A stretch of 64,000 bases of DNA from Phoronis australis. Lineage: Eukaryota; Animalia; Phoronida. The translations under genes and the position numbers were made by a program. The DNA lies in contig NMRA01000665.1 in the NCBI GenBank assembly GCA_002633005.1, positions 124,001-188,000 on the forward strand, given 5' to 3'. The notes below the pieces were generated by a model. That model saw only the letters and a program-made list of their open reading frames with translations, ran no database searches and was not told the DNA's origin. This document shows, in pieces, positions 53,801-64,000 of this stretch. Position 1 is the first letter of the stretch; the number at the start of each line of letters is the position of its first letter.

Positions 53801-54758
53801 TGAAAATCCTGTCAAAAGAATTACATGTTTATAACCGCTGAGCTTATACATGTTCATGTAGGCATCTATTTTGTTTCAGTTCAGTTTCTGTTTCAGTTTT
53901 TCGGTTAAATATGTCTGCGATTAATTGTAATTGCCACAAGGTATAGAAATTTCGTCATCACAAATATTGTCACATCTGTTATGTACGCTATCACCAGCAT
54001 CATCACGATCGCATGCAGAGTTGTTACTACTGTCTTACTTATGCGTCACTGGGATGCAAACCAAAGAACCACAATTTACATGACTAAGAGATGTCCGTCT
54101 TTGGTTTGAACTACTTGATTGTGATTCCTGTGTCGTTATTCTGAGCAACTGTCATGATAGTAATGGATGACGATTATTTGAGAAAAGCTCAACACTTTTA
54201 CAAGAGAGGGCAACGTTTTGGGAATGAAGCAGTCGCCTGGCCTCTTGCCGCCAGTTTTTTGCAGGTAACCTATTTCATTATGTTGGGTCTCATGGGACTT
54301 GAGTGCATCTCTTACAATCCACCCTTTCGCAGGAATCGAGGAAGTCGGTGGGCCTACGGAACTGACGATTTCCAATCCAATCAGCTATTTCTCCGAGGCT
54401 AATCTATTATTCAAAAACTTACGCCAGTTGTGTCTGAACTAGGACACCAGGACTGTAAGATACCCGACAGAAAGTAATATGTGAGAATGACACTTTCGTT
54501 TTCGCTCAAGCAAAGCGCATACGTGGCTTTTGTAGTCGCTTTTGTAAGGGTGGTAATCAGACGAAATAGACAAACTACAACACGTACTATAGCAGAAGAA
54601 GAGAACGACGAACAACACTATAACGCAACAAACAAAACGATTCCACAACGCAGCAACAACATCGTCAACAACAACACATCAACATTGATATCAACAAAAG
54701 CTGTCAAAAGCCCTCTTCAAATTAGAACAAACTCTGTTTTGACCTATTTAAATATGTT

Positions 54759-55720
54759 AACAAGAGCAACGCGGAGCGTTGAAATACGCCCACGAATGCA
54801 CCGCTAACGGTGTGCTTCTAGGCGTGTTTATTTGGAACATAAAAACGGCAACTACATGGCGCAAAATATGTCGAATCCATCCGAGAACTTGTATGTGTCA
54901 TCAAAGCTATTTACCAAATTTCATAATAAAAATCCGTCAAGGAACTTCTGAGAAAACAGAGGAAAATGAAAAAATGAAACTGCCACAAATAAGCTATAAG
55001 CGCAAAAAACATAACCGCCACTAAGAAGCGCAAAAGTAGATAAAGTCGTCGGAAAATCATCATCAGACTTCCTCTTCCCGTTAGGAGCATAAATGCCTAT
55101 TTCTACAACCATCCTTAGAGTGGTTTGGCTGACAGAGGGGCAGACGCCAAATAACAAGACTCGAAAACAGTATAAATGGCCACAAAATGGCGCAAAATGC
55201 CTCGAATTCTAACGAAAACCGGACGATAGCGTCACCTCACTAATAGAGGGCCCAAATGCCAAATTTTATGAAAATCCATCGACGACCCTTTAAGAGTCAG
55301 AGGTAAACGTAAAAAATTAAAATTGGCACCAGGGGGCACACCGGTAGCCCGATCCGTCCGAAAGTGGTCATGCTCTGTTGTCAACTTCGTATATGCACTC
55401 CACCAAAATTCAATAAACATCCTGTAGACCATTTAGGAGATACAGTCACGGGCGCAAAAACAAACAAAACTGACACTAAGAGGCGCAATACTATTCCAAG
55501 TCACCGGAAAATCGTCGTCAGCCGCCCCCTTCACAGTAAGCACATGTATGTCAATTTTCAAAATCATCCCTAGAGCGGTTTGGTTGATAGAACGGCGGAC
55601 GCCAAAATACAGACTCTAAAACAATAAAAATGGCCTCTAGGTGGCAAGAAACACCTCGAATCCGTCCGAAAACGGGAGGATGGCGTCATCTCACTAATAG
55701 ATGCCTAACTGCCAAATTTT
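54759..55720 (-). mobile_element. HINE/Helentron-like element, copy 2, one end missing, with internal tandem array
   Basis: Same terminus as 16237 (AACAAGAGCAACGC.GAGCGTTGAAAT.CGCCC). Shares the internal block aaattg.cac.agggggcacaccggtag.c.gatccgtccgaaagt. Contains about 150-bp related monomers. The microsatellite end is absent. Confidence 0.8.
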
Positions 55721-56666
55721 GGGTTTGCCTCTGCTCCATTTTTCCACCATAGGTGATGTCATCATGTAAAAATATCTAAAACGACGAAAAATCCGCTCGA
55801 GTTGGCGGCTACCAATCCCTCACAAGGCTTATTCCTACTCCACTAGGCTGACGTGCTGCAGGCCTAAATGGCGATATTGGTTGAACAAGCAACTACATAT
55901 GCCTAAGGCACGGAAGTTTGGAAAGTGTCGTACCATAAGGCCAGTAGTCTGAGTAAAGACAATCGTGAAATAGAGGTGCTCTCTACTAGATTTTACGTTT
56001 TAGTCCGCAATAATGTGCTGCCATCGCCAAGCACGAATTTGCAACATAGTTTTCTCATGCACAGATGCTAATTACAACGCTAAATAGATTTATCCTACAC
56101 TACCATGCAACTGTCTTTTGTAACATTCAGGTTGAGCCGCGAAGAAGGGTAATCTGGTCGCGGTCTAGCTAGTGGTACACTTACTATAAAACTCGAGCAC
56201 CCTCAATGTACATGCTACCGGTGCTCAGGTAAAAGACCCACAAAAGTACACTGTACTTTAGTTGCAGTTACAACAGCCTTTCTGGATACCTCAAAAAACA
56301 TGGGCAGGAACTCCTGAATCCCGCGCGCGAACCACCGAATCACGCCAATGGTGGATGAATTGAGCTTCTTGGGGACCCTAACTGCAAAAATATTCAGCTG
56401 CGTTCCCATGAGTCACCAGCATAAATTAATACCGTAGTAGACTCAACGTTTGAATGGGTTCCTATAGCCACGACGCTGGCCAATAGGTTCATGAGGAGCA
56501 CTGTTTATCCAGCTCCACTAAGTTGTGTCTTAGACAATTTATTAGGTAATACGTCACTTAACCATTCACAGACACGAATTCATTCTTACATTTACAAACC
56601 CAACATCATACACTCAGAGCACACGTCATCGGTGAATTCATTATGATGACATTGATTTCGATGTAT

Positions 56667-56706
56667 GAGTAAACGTCCTGAACTTAAAAGTACAGGACGT
56701 TTACTC
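56667..56706. other. Near-perfect hairpin in the probable 3' UTR of the 7TM receptor
   Basis: GAGTAAACGTCCTGAACTT-aa-AAGTACAGGACGTTTACTC has 19-bp arms with one mismatch. It lies between the receptor stop (57084) and a minus-strand AATAAA at 56543-56538. Confidence 0.7.
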
Positions 56707-57083
56707 TCACTGTATTGAAATACACGACAGCGTAATAGTATGGATCAAAGTCAAATAGTTATTCAAAATTTGCAACTACGTAATGAATTTCAAATACTTT
56801 TTTAATCGATGACCAGCGAAAATAGGCTCACGAGCATCTTCACAAGAAAATACGAACAAAGTTTCAAATTGAGAAAAATTGGACAACGTCGTATAATTTT
56901 AGAAACGTGCAGCTATTTGCAAGTGAACCACATCGGGTGTTGTCTCATGACATAGTTCTAAGAAAGAGACTTGTGGAATATTGTCCAATTGGATTTACAT
57001 TGGAGAGCCTTTTACATCTGTTTATCATTATGAAGTCCAAAATTTCAGCCCAGTCGTGTGCTAACATCTGCACGGCAAATTAA

Positions 57084-58682
57084 TCAATTTTCATCGTCCA
57101 AAAAGCGTAAACCGATTTGTCTCCCTATCTTAACAAACTGCACACAAACATTTTGTCGAAACAAAAATGATATGGAGATGAGTGTACCTTGTGAAGTGTT
57201 TAGAACCATAAAAATATGCCACGTGATCTCCTTATCAACAATGTTTGCAATGAAACCAATAATCCATGTCATGCCTGCGCATAGGCAAAGACGAACGATA
57301 ACCCAAACCAGGCTCCACTGAGGCGCCACTTGACTGCGAATTTCCTTGCGGATTCGAAAGAGACGACAAAAAATAACCGAAATAACGACGACATTTACCC
57401 CGACCAACACGCCTATTGGAGCACCGAAGAAGTAAGCAATGGCTGCAGGTTCAGCGATCCAACAAATTTCGTTACCATATCCTACTTCTAGCGGCGAGTC
57501 GGGAATAAAATTGAGCACGCACGATGAACCGACGATCAAGAGTGGAACTAAAGCTATCAACGGAATTAGCTTACAGGTAAGGTAAAGGTGATTTTTGTTG
57601 GACGCTGAGTTAAGCACCATTGATTCTGTGCTCCATGTCACCTTTGCCACTGAGAAACAGAAAGTAGTTGAGCATGCAAAGTAAAACAAATATAGGCAAT
57701 GCGTGCTAATTGCCATTGCGACACAAAGAGGCTTCAGGACAATTGCCTGGGCGCCAAACTGAAAAGATGCCTGTGCTAGACAAAGGGAAGTACATATAAT
57801 GATTACGTGGCCCCCTCCTTGAGAAGACCTCAGTTCCTTGAACAGTACATACACAAACGTAGTAAAGACCAGACCTATTATGGAAACTATCGTCAACCAA
57901 AAAGAAACCAATGAAGCCGTGCTCTTCGTGAGTAGGACATTTGATGGACAGTGTTGTTCAATAATATCCGTGATACTGGAGTATTCTTCTTGACAAATTT
58001 CTACGGTGGAGTTATTCACTTTCCGGAACCATTTTTGGAAGGTCAGTGGCTCACAGGAATTATTTAAAGCTATTGCCTTTAAGGTATCGATTGTGCTGAG
58101 ATTTATGTATATACGGGGGCAGTCCATCAATACGGAATCTAAAGGAATTTTGCCTTCAGTACCATCAACACGTAGTTGTATGTTTCCCTCTGCGTGTTGA
58201 TCAAAAATATCAACATTGCTGAAGACAGATTTGGACATGGTGTTTGCGTAGGCAAACGTTTGGATAGGATTCACGTACGACTTGACGGTAACTTTAGTTT
58301 CGATATAAAGAAACTTATAATGATCGGACAAAGCGATATCTAAAGAAGATACTTTGTGCAGTTTTAAAGTGACTCTTAAGAAATATTCTGATGCGTTTAT
58401 GATTTTACATGACACTTCTAACCACCGAATGATCTTTTCTTTTGTAAGCTTGTCCAGGCTTGGTGGGTGAAAGTAAGGTTTTCTAGGATGCCCTGCTCGT
58501 ACGTTGACGTAACCGAAGATGGACTGTGTCGTGTCAAATGATTTTAGTGCCTCCGACCCTGCTGTGACCGGTATTTCTGCTTCGATGAAAAACAAAAGAC
58601 CGCTAATGTTCTTGTACGCCTCCACACAGGTTCCGCAGTCAAGAAAACGCATTGGTCCACAATGCAAAGGCACGTCGTTGCC
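57084..58682 (-). CDS. Family-B (secretin/adhesion/Methuselah-like) 7TM receptor, exon 2 (distal ectodomain plus complete 7TM)
   Basis: Acceptor ttcccag| at 58684-58683, phase 0 (GNDVPLHCGP...). Seven hydrophobic segments with family-B hallmarks: VYVLFKELR, LCVAMAISTH, GYGNEICWI, FFGAPIG...VN, GMTWIIGF, LNTSQGTLI. No GPS motif evident. Confidence 0.93.
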   Translation of the reverse strand, partial: GNDVPLHCGPMRFLDCGTCVEAYKNISGLLFFIEAEIPVTAGSEALKSFDTTQSIFGYVNVRAGHPRKPYFHPPSLDKLTKEKIIRWLEVSCKIINASEYFLRVTLKLHKVSSLDIALSDHYKFLYIETKVTVKSYVNPIQTFAYANTMSKSVFSNVDIFDQHAEGNIQLRVDGTEGKIPLDSVLMDCPRIYINLSTIDTLKAIALNNSCEPLTFQKWFRKVNNSTVEICQEEYSSITDIIEQHCPSNVLLTKSTASLVSFWLTIVSIIGLVFTTFVYVLFKELRSSQGGGHVIIICTSLCLAQASFQFGAQAIVLKPLCVAMAISTHCLYLFYFACSTTFCFSVAKVTWSTESMVLNSASNKNHLYLTCKLIPLIALVPLLIVGSSCVLNFIPDSPLEVGYGNEICWIAEPAAIAYFFGAPIGVLVGVNVVVISVIFCRLFRIRKEIRSQVAPQWSLVWVIVRLCLCAGMTWIIGFIANIVDKEITWHIFMVLNTSQGTLISISFLFRQNVCVQFVKIGRQIGLRFLDDEN

Positions 58683-59061
58683 CTGGGAATGAAATATATG
58701 CGATCAAAATTCCAATTGCAACAGTTAAGTTGTTAAAACTTTCAATGATTTTCGACAAAAATTTCTTTGAAAATTTATCCAGCGATGCCTGCATCTTTTG
58801 CATGTTTACTGCAGTGAACATTAAGCTGTTCCTAGAACGAGCAATATAAAATCATTTATAATTTCTGGCTAACAGAAGTCGAGCTGCCGAGCATCCTTCC
58901 ATTACATATTCCTAAGATATTTGGTGAATTTGGTCTTAATGCTCAGGTAATTATTGTTCAGCCTTCAATTTAGTCTAATGGTTACATTAGGGAGTCATCT
59001 AGCCGCATGAAGAGTGGTGTCAAATTACAGCTAGGAAAGATGCATGGAACTTTTATATCAN

Positions 59062-60026
59062 CTAAGATTCATGTATATACGGGGGCAGGCCATCAATACG
59101 GATTCTAAAAGAATTTTGCCTTCAGTACTATCAACATATAGTTGTATGTTTCCCTCTGGGTGTTGATCAAAAATATCAACATTGCTGAAGACAGATTTGG
59201 ACATGGTGTTTGCGAAGGCAAACGTTTGGATAGGATTCACGTACGACTTGACGGTAACTTTAGTTTGGATATAAAGAAACTTGTAATGATCGGACAAAGT
59301 GATATCTAAAAATGATACATTGTGCAGTTTTAAAGTGACTCTTAAGAAATATTCCGGTGCATTTATGATTTTGCATGACACTTCTAACCACCGAATAATC
59401 TTTTCTTTTGTAAGCTTGTCCAGGTTTTGTGGGTGAAAGTAAGGTTTTCTAGGATGCCCTGCTCGTATGTTGACGTAACCGAAGATGGACTGTGTCGTGT
59501 CAAATGATTTTACTGCCTCCGACCCTTCTGTGACCGGTATTTCCGCTTCGATGAAAAACAAAAGACCGCTAATGTTCTTGTACGCCTCCACACAGGTTCC
59601 GCAGTCAAGAAAACGCATTGGTCCACAATGCAAAGGCACGTCGTTGCCCTGTGAATGAAATATATGTGATCAAAATTCCAATTGCAACAGTTAAGTTGAT
59701 AAAACTTTCAATGACTTTCGACAAAAATTTCTTTGAAAATTTATCCAGCGATGCATGCAGCTTTTGCATGTTTACTGCAGTGAACATTAAGCTGTTCCTA
59801 GAACGAGCAATATAAAATCATTCATAATTTCTGGCTAACAGAAGTCGAGCTGCCGAGCATCCTTCCATTACATATTCCTAAGATATTTGGTGAATTTGGT
59901 CTTAATGCTCAGGTAATTATTGTTCAGCCTTCAATTTAGTCTAATGGTTACATTAGGGAGTCATCTAGCCGCATGAAGAGTGGTGTCAAATTACAGCTAG
60001 GAAAGATGCATGGAACTTTTATATCA
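59062..60026 (-). repeat. 966-bp-offset second copy of receptor intron end plus exon 2 start (coding part 59062-59648), truncated at N
   Basis: Aligns without gaps to 58096-59060. The junction is the single N at 59061. Intact acceptor ttcacag| at 59650-59649 and an open frame up to the N. Confidence 0.9.
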
Positions 60027-62377
60027 GTCTGGAAATATCTAGGTACCATTTTATCTGTATGAAGATAAATGTCAAAATACATCAAGGTATCGATGTGTGT
60101 TATCTTCACACAGACCTCAAAATTTTACGCCTCCGTTACATGTACACGTAATTCTTCTAGTAAACTATTCATGGAACGTATATCAACAGGTAGAGCTTAT
60201 ATCCTCATGCAAGTCTGCATGTAAGTTAATAGAAACTCACCTTGACCATTACAACGAGTTATAAATCCAATACGCTTTACTGTTAATAGAAATTTTAAAC
60301 CATTCTTTAGGATGCCAGCGACAGCCACGCAAACCAGCATGGGTAATATTTTGGAAATCATTAGGAACGACTGTCTACGTCATACGAAGTGTTTTTGAAT
60401 AAGTTCAGCATATTGAACTTTTTCAGGTTAAAATACTATCTTCGGGACAGTGGTATACTACATTGTATTTAGAACAATAATAAGTTTGGTTTGTGTCCTT
60501 AATCTGGATGGCCATTTGTTAGGCTGGCCGTTGGTCTGAAGTGTAGATAATTTGAAATGAAATTCCAGCATTTAATGGCCCGACGAGCAGACAGTCTGAA
60601 GGGTATATAGTCAAAACGCGAGGCTCCCTGGCGCTCACCGAATATTTTTTATCGGTTTCACACATGTGTGATTTTTTGGAGGCAAATGTCTTAAAAAGAG
60701 AAAGAATGGATCAAAATTCCTACAAAATGATATTTTTTACATCTCACCAAACCAAACTTATGTTCTAAATCTCTGCGATTTTGGATATAGACTCTAGCTG
60801 TTGGTTTTTATACGGAGTAACTCTTAAAAAGCTTCATCCCGTCGCCAGTGAAGAATTCAGCTCACTCCAAACTGGCAACTAATAAAATAATTGTATACAT
60901 GCACTTAATCGTGAAGAAAAAGTTGGGACCACTGAAGAACTAAAGTGTAACCTTCTAACTACGGAAGGACAGCTCCCACGGAAGAACCGATAATAAGATG
61001 TTTTGAAATGTTACCATTTCTTTCGAAATTCAATGACCGATTCTCCGATGTGTTATTTTGACATGAAATATACTCGGCATTTTAGAAATGATCATCGTTA
61101 AAATAGCCAATAACTCTCATCTTATAGTTTTAGAGAAATTCTTCCGAATCAACCAATCGATACATTTTTTGAAATTATTCAGTTCCATGATCTTTCTGAA
61201 AATTTTTAATTAAATAACCTATCCTTGAAGTCAATGTAGCACCGTTTTTCTAACATCTTATTATAGGCAATATTGTAGAGATCTCATGATGACACTTGCG
61301 GGGGGTATTTCACGATGTAACGGATATTTATGTTGTCCCTGTTTCGTTGTACAACGCGGTATTAGACATTCCATTCCTATAGTTCTATGGTCGGGTCAAA
61401 ATGTCTTGATGAAGCGACACAGCATGTTTTAACTGCTAATGCATGTAGCAGAAATAAATCACGAAATAACGTCTACATTTCCATGGGTGGTTCTGTTGGA
61501 GATTCCTGATGTAAAATAAAGCTTAGTTTAAGTTCATTTCAACTGAAAACTTAATTATTAAGATAACAGAAAGGTGTGGTGTTGCTGTTTGGACGAAAAA
61601 ATATCATATTAACCCCCTTAACTCTCGACAGTTTTTGAAACAAACTTCGGATTCAATCGGAATTGTTAGGTACTTACTTGATCACCATGGTATATTTCAT
61701 TCACACTTCTAAGTACTGAAGTAGCTATTTATTTTTCAAAGGGACTTAGCATCAGGCAGTCACAAGGGGGCAACGCTGAAGTACACATGTAATTCTTCGC
61801 GTCTGGCAGAGAGGAGAGTGAAACATGCTGCTGACTTGGGTGTCATTGATTCTTCAAATTTTGACATATTTTTAGTCGCGTTTTCACCAATTTAGTTTCT
61901 GTTTGGAGTGTGATTTCCAATCAAGTAGATATAAGAGCACTATGTAACATTCTTTCTAACAATTCTTTCAGGATGTAAATTTTGTCGTGAATTAAAAGTC
62001 ACATGACAGAAGCTTACAACTTTACTAGATGCACTATACGCATTTTTCATATTTAGTTGTGGTCAAATTTGAACATGGACATAAACTAGGATATCCCGCC
62101 AAATAAAAATGATTGATGTCCCTCGGGTTGACGATACAGTACACTTTGAATTGCATTTTAATGCTTTTCATAAAAAACTGGTTGTCACGAATAGGTTAAT
62201 CTGCTCTTGGCTGTTTGGGTGACGTGTCGCATTAAATACTTTTGCCTATCACCCAGAATCCACCGTTCGGCGATCGATGTTCCAAAGTTTGTCAAATTTG
62301 GCCATTTTTCGAGGGTCATACATGTACGTGTACAAAACATCGGGATAAAATTTTCAAGAGCAGGAAGCAACACTTAC

Positions 62378-63364
62378 CGATACTGGGTCAAGCAAAGTAT
62401 TTTTGTTGCATATGTCAGTGTGCTCCTCCAAAGTGGTGATAAAGTTGAATATAGCCGAAAATGAGACCTGTGGTATGAAGGCGTCAAAGATATAGTGTTT
62501 GTTCAAACAAACCAGGCTATCAGCACTTACATTATTGCAATGCGCACAATAAATGTTATCATATTGTTTTCCGGTTGTACGATCGACAACAGCGTTGTTG
62601 TACATGTTACATTGCTGTTCGGATTCAGGTAGTAACGCGCAAGATCTGGAAGAGTTTGGAAAGCATTTCTTAATTGATTCCTTGTTTCGAGGGCGCAACA
62701 GAAACTGCGTGTCTTGACCGTCAAGCATAACGGATGGAGAACTGTAAAGTCGTCTATTCCAAGTGATGGCGTCATCAACTCTTTGAGATGATGGAATCAC
62801 GAATGTGTTCCAAGGTACCGCGGAGGTAACATTGTTGCAAAGAGCGCAGTGCACGTTGCGGAAATGAGTGTCGTTGAGCTGAACAGGTACCATGGCGGAA
62901 GTACTTCGAAACACGTCATCTAAGTTGAAAGTAAAGGATGCTTCGTCTTCACACATTCTACGCAATCTGTCTGGAGATTCAGCTGGACACGTAGACACCA
63001 TGACGACGTATGTAAATTGTTTTAGTGTCGGAATTGTCAGTTGTTGCGATGTTGCATTGAATTGGTAGTAGAAGTTCGAGATGGAGACGCAGCGCTTTTC
63101 ATCAACAAACGGTATTCGCGTGTCAACGTTTTCTGGACAGGATATGTTGACTTGATCATGTACACCAAGACAACAAGTACCATAATTAATACAGTCCTTT
63201 CCACAGTCACAATACTTCTTAATTTTACCAAAGCACAGATCCTCTTGTGAACAACGATGACCGTCAGTGGTACACACATCCAAGAAATCAACGGATGCAT
63301 TCACTACGAACAGTGAAATTGAGATACAAAGCAAAAATGAGACAACAGCTCCCGTGCGGAACAT
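62378..63364 (-). CDS. Family-B 7TM receptor, exon 1: signal peptide, somatomedin-B-like domain, Cys-rich repeats
   Basis: MFRTGAVVSFLLCISISLFVVNA signal peptide, CDCGKDCINYGTCC (SMB pattern), and two (F/Y)xNxxCAxCNNV motifs. Donor TCG|gtaagt at 62377, phase 0, matches exon 2. Total about 861 aa. Confidence 0.9.
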
Positions 63365-64000
63365 CGCAAAAATTGTTTACCGAACGCTATCATGCTGTAA
63401 CTTTTATTGTGCGTCGACGATTCCTAATGGAGACAAAATAATTAAAGGTGATAATAACACATAATGTATTTTGGATTTTCTTGTGGTAATTATGTACCTA
63501 ATTTTCTCAGACGCGAAGGAAATCAAGCAACATTGTGAGTGCACAAATTCATAAAACTACGCCGACTGGAAATTTTTTCTCTTCTTTCATATTTCATATT
63601 CCTCCATATCGTTCAAAATTTTACCGCCCCCTGGTCGTCGGCAAATTCGCACCCTGGCATATGCGGCGAAGTTGGAGAGAGACACACCCCTGGGAGGAAG
63701 CCACTAAAACCTACAAACCCGTACTTCAACAAAGTTTCTCTCGAATACGTTACACGATTAGCTTAGGATTTTGACCTTGAGGATGTCAAAATCATGTACT
63801 GCAAATTTATTCTTTCGGGGTTGGAACTAAACTGAAAAATCTTATCGCAAACTGCGTAATCTGGAGAAACATTGGGATACATAAAATCGCCAGCTTCCAA
63901 ATGAGTAAATGGAAACTGTTCTTGGAAATTTAAATTAACTGTTTCGTTTTTTGCCGATGCTCAAAACGACGTCTAAGTTTACGAGTAACCTTATTAAGGG

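Noticed and set aside
59058-59639. Separate secreted 193-aa gene
   Set aside because: It has no start of its own and ends at an assembly N. It is the duplicated start of receptor exon 2.

Overview
AT-rich, intron-containing, repeat-rich animal genomic DNA. The gene and repeat families suggest a marine invertebrate, probably a lophotrochozoan (inference). Single Ns at 4533, 16333, 29950, 33829 and 59061 point to a scaffolded assembly. Genes reconstructed by reading splice sites and phases by hand: (1) the first two exons of an S28 serine peptidase, DPP7-like (minus; remainder lies left of the window); (2) a complete 4-exon OSTC/DC2 gene (plus, 149 aa), head-to-head with DPP7 across 233 bp; (3) a 2-exon capless HAD-superfamily phosphatase (minus, about 189 aa); (4) a tentative, probably damaged, secreted multi-exon gene including a TSP1 exon (minus, about 30575-42214); (5) a 2-exon somatomedin-B/Cys-rich family-B (Methuselah-like) 7TM receptor (minus, about 861 aa), whose exon 2 start is present twice around an N gap. 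Between genes lie many non-autonomous DNA transposons (Tc1/mariner-like, hAT-like with 5-bp TSD, Kolobok-like, Helentron/HINE, ISL2EU/Harbinger-like MITEs), a deleted piggyBac nested in another element, a decayed LINE RT and minisatellites. No rRNA, intact tRNA or CRISPR was seen. I found no clearly new biological system. The best leads are the two receptor copies that differ more in exon than in intron, the orphan secreted TSP1 gene hit by transposons, and the capless HAD phosphatase.
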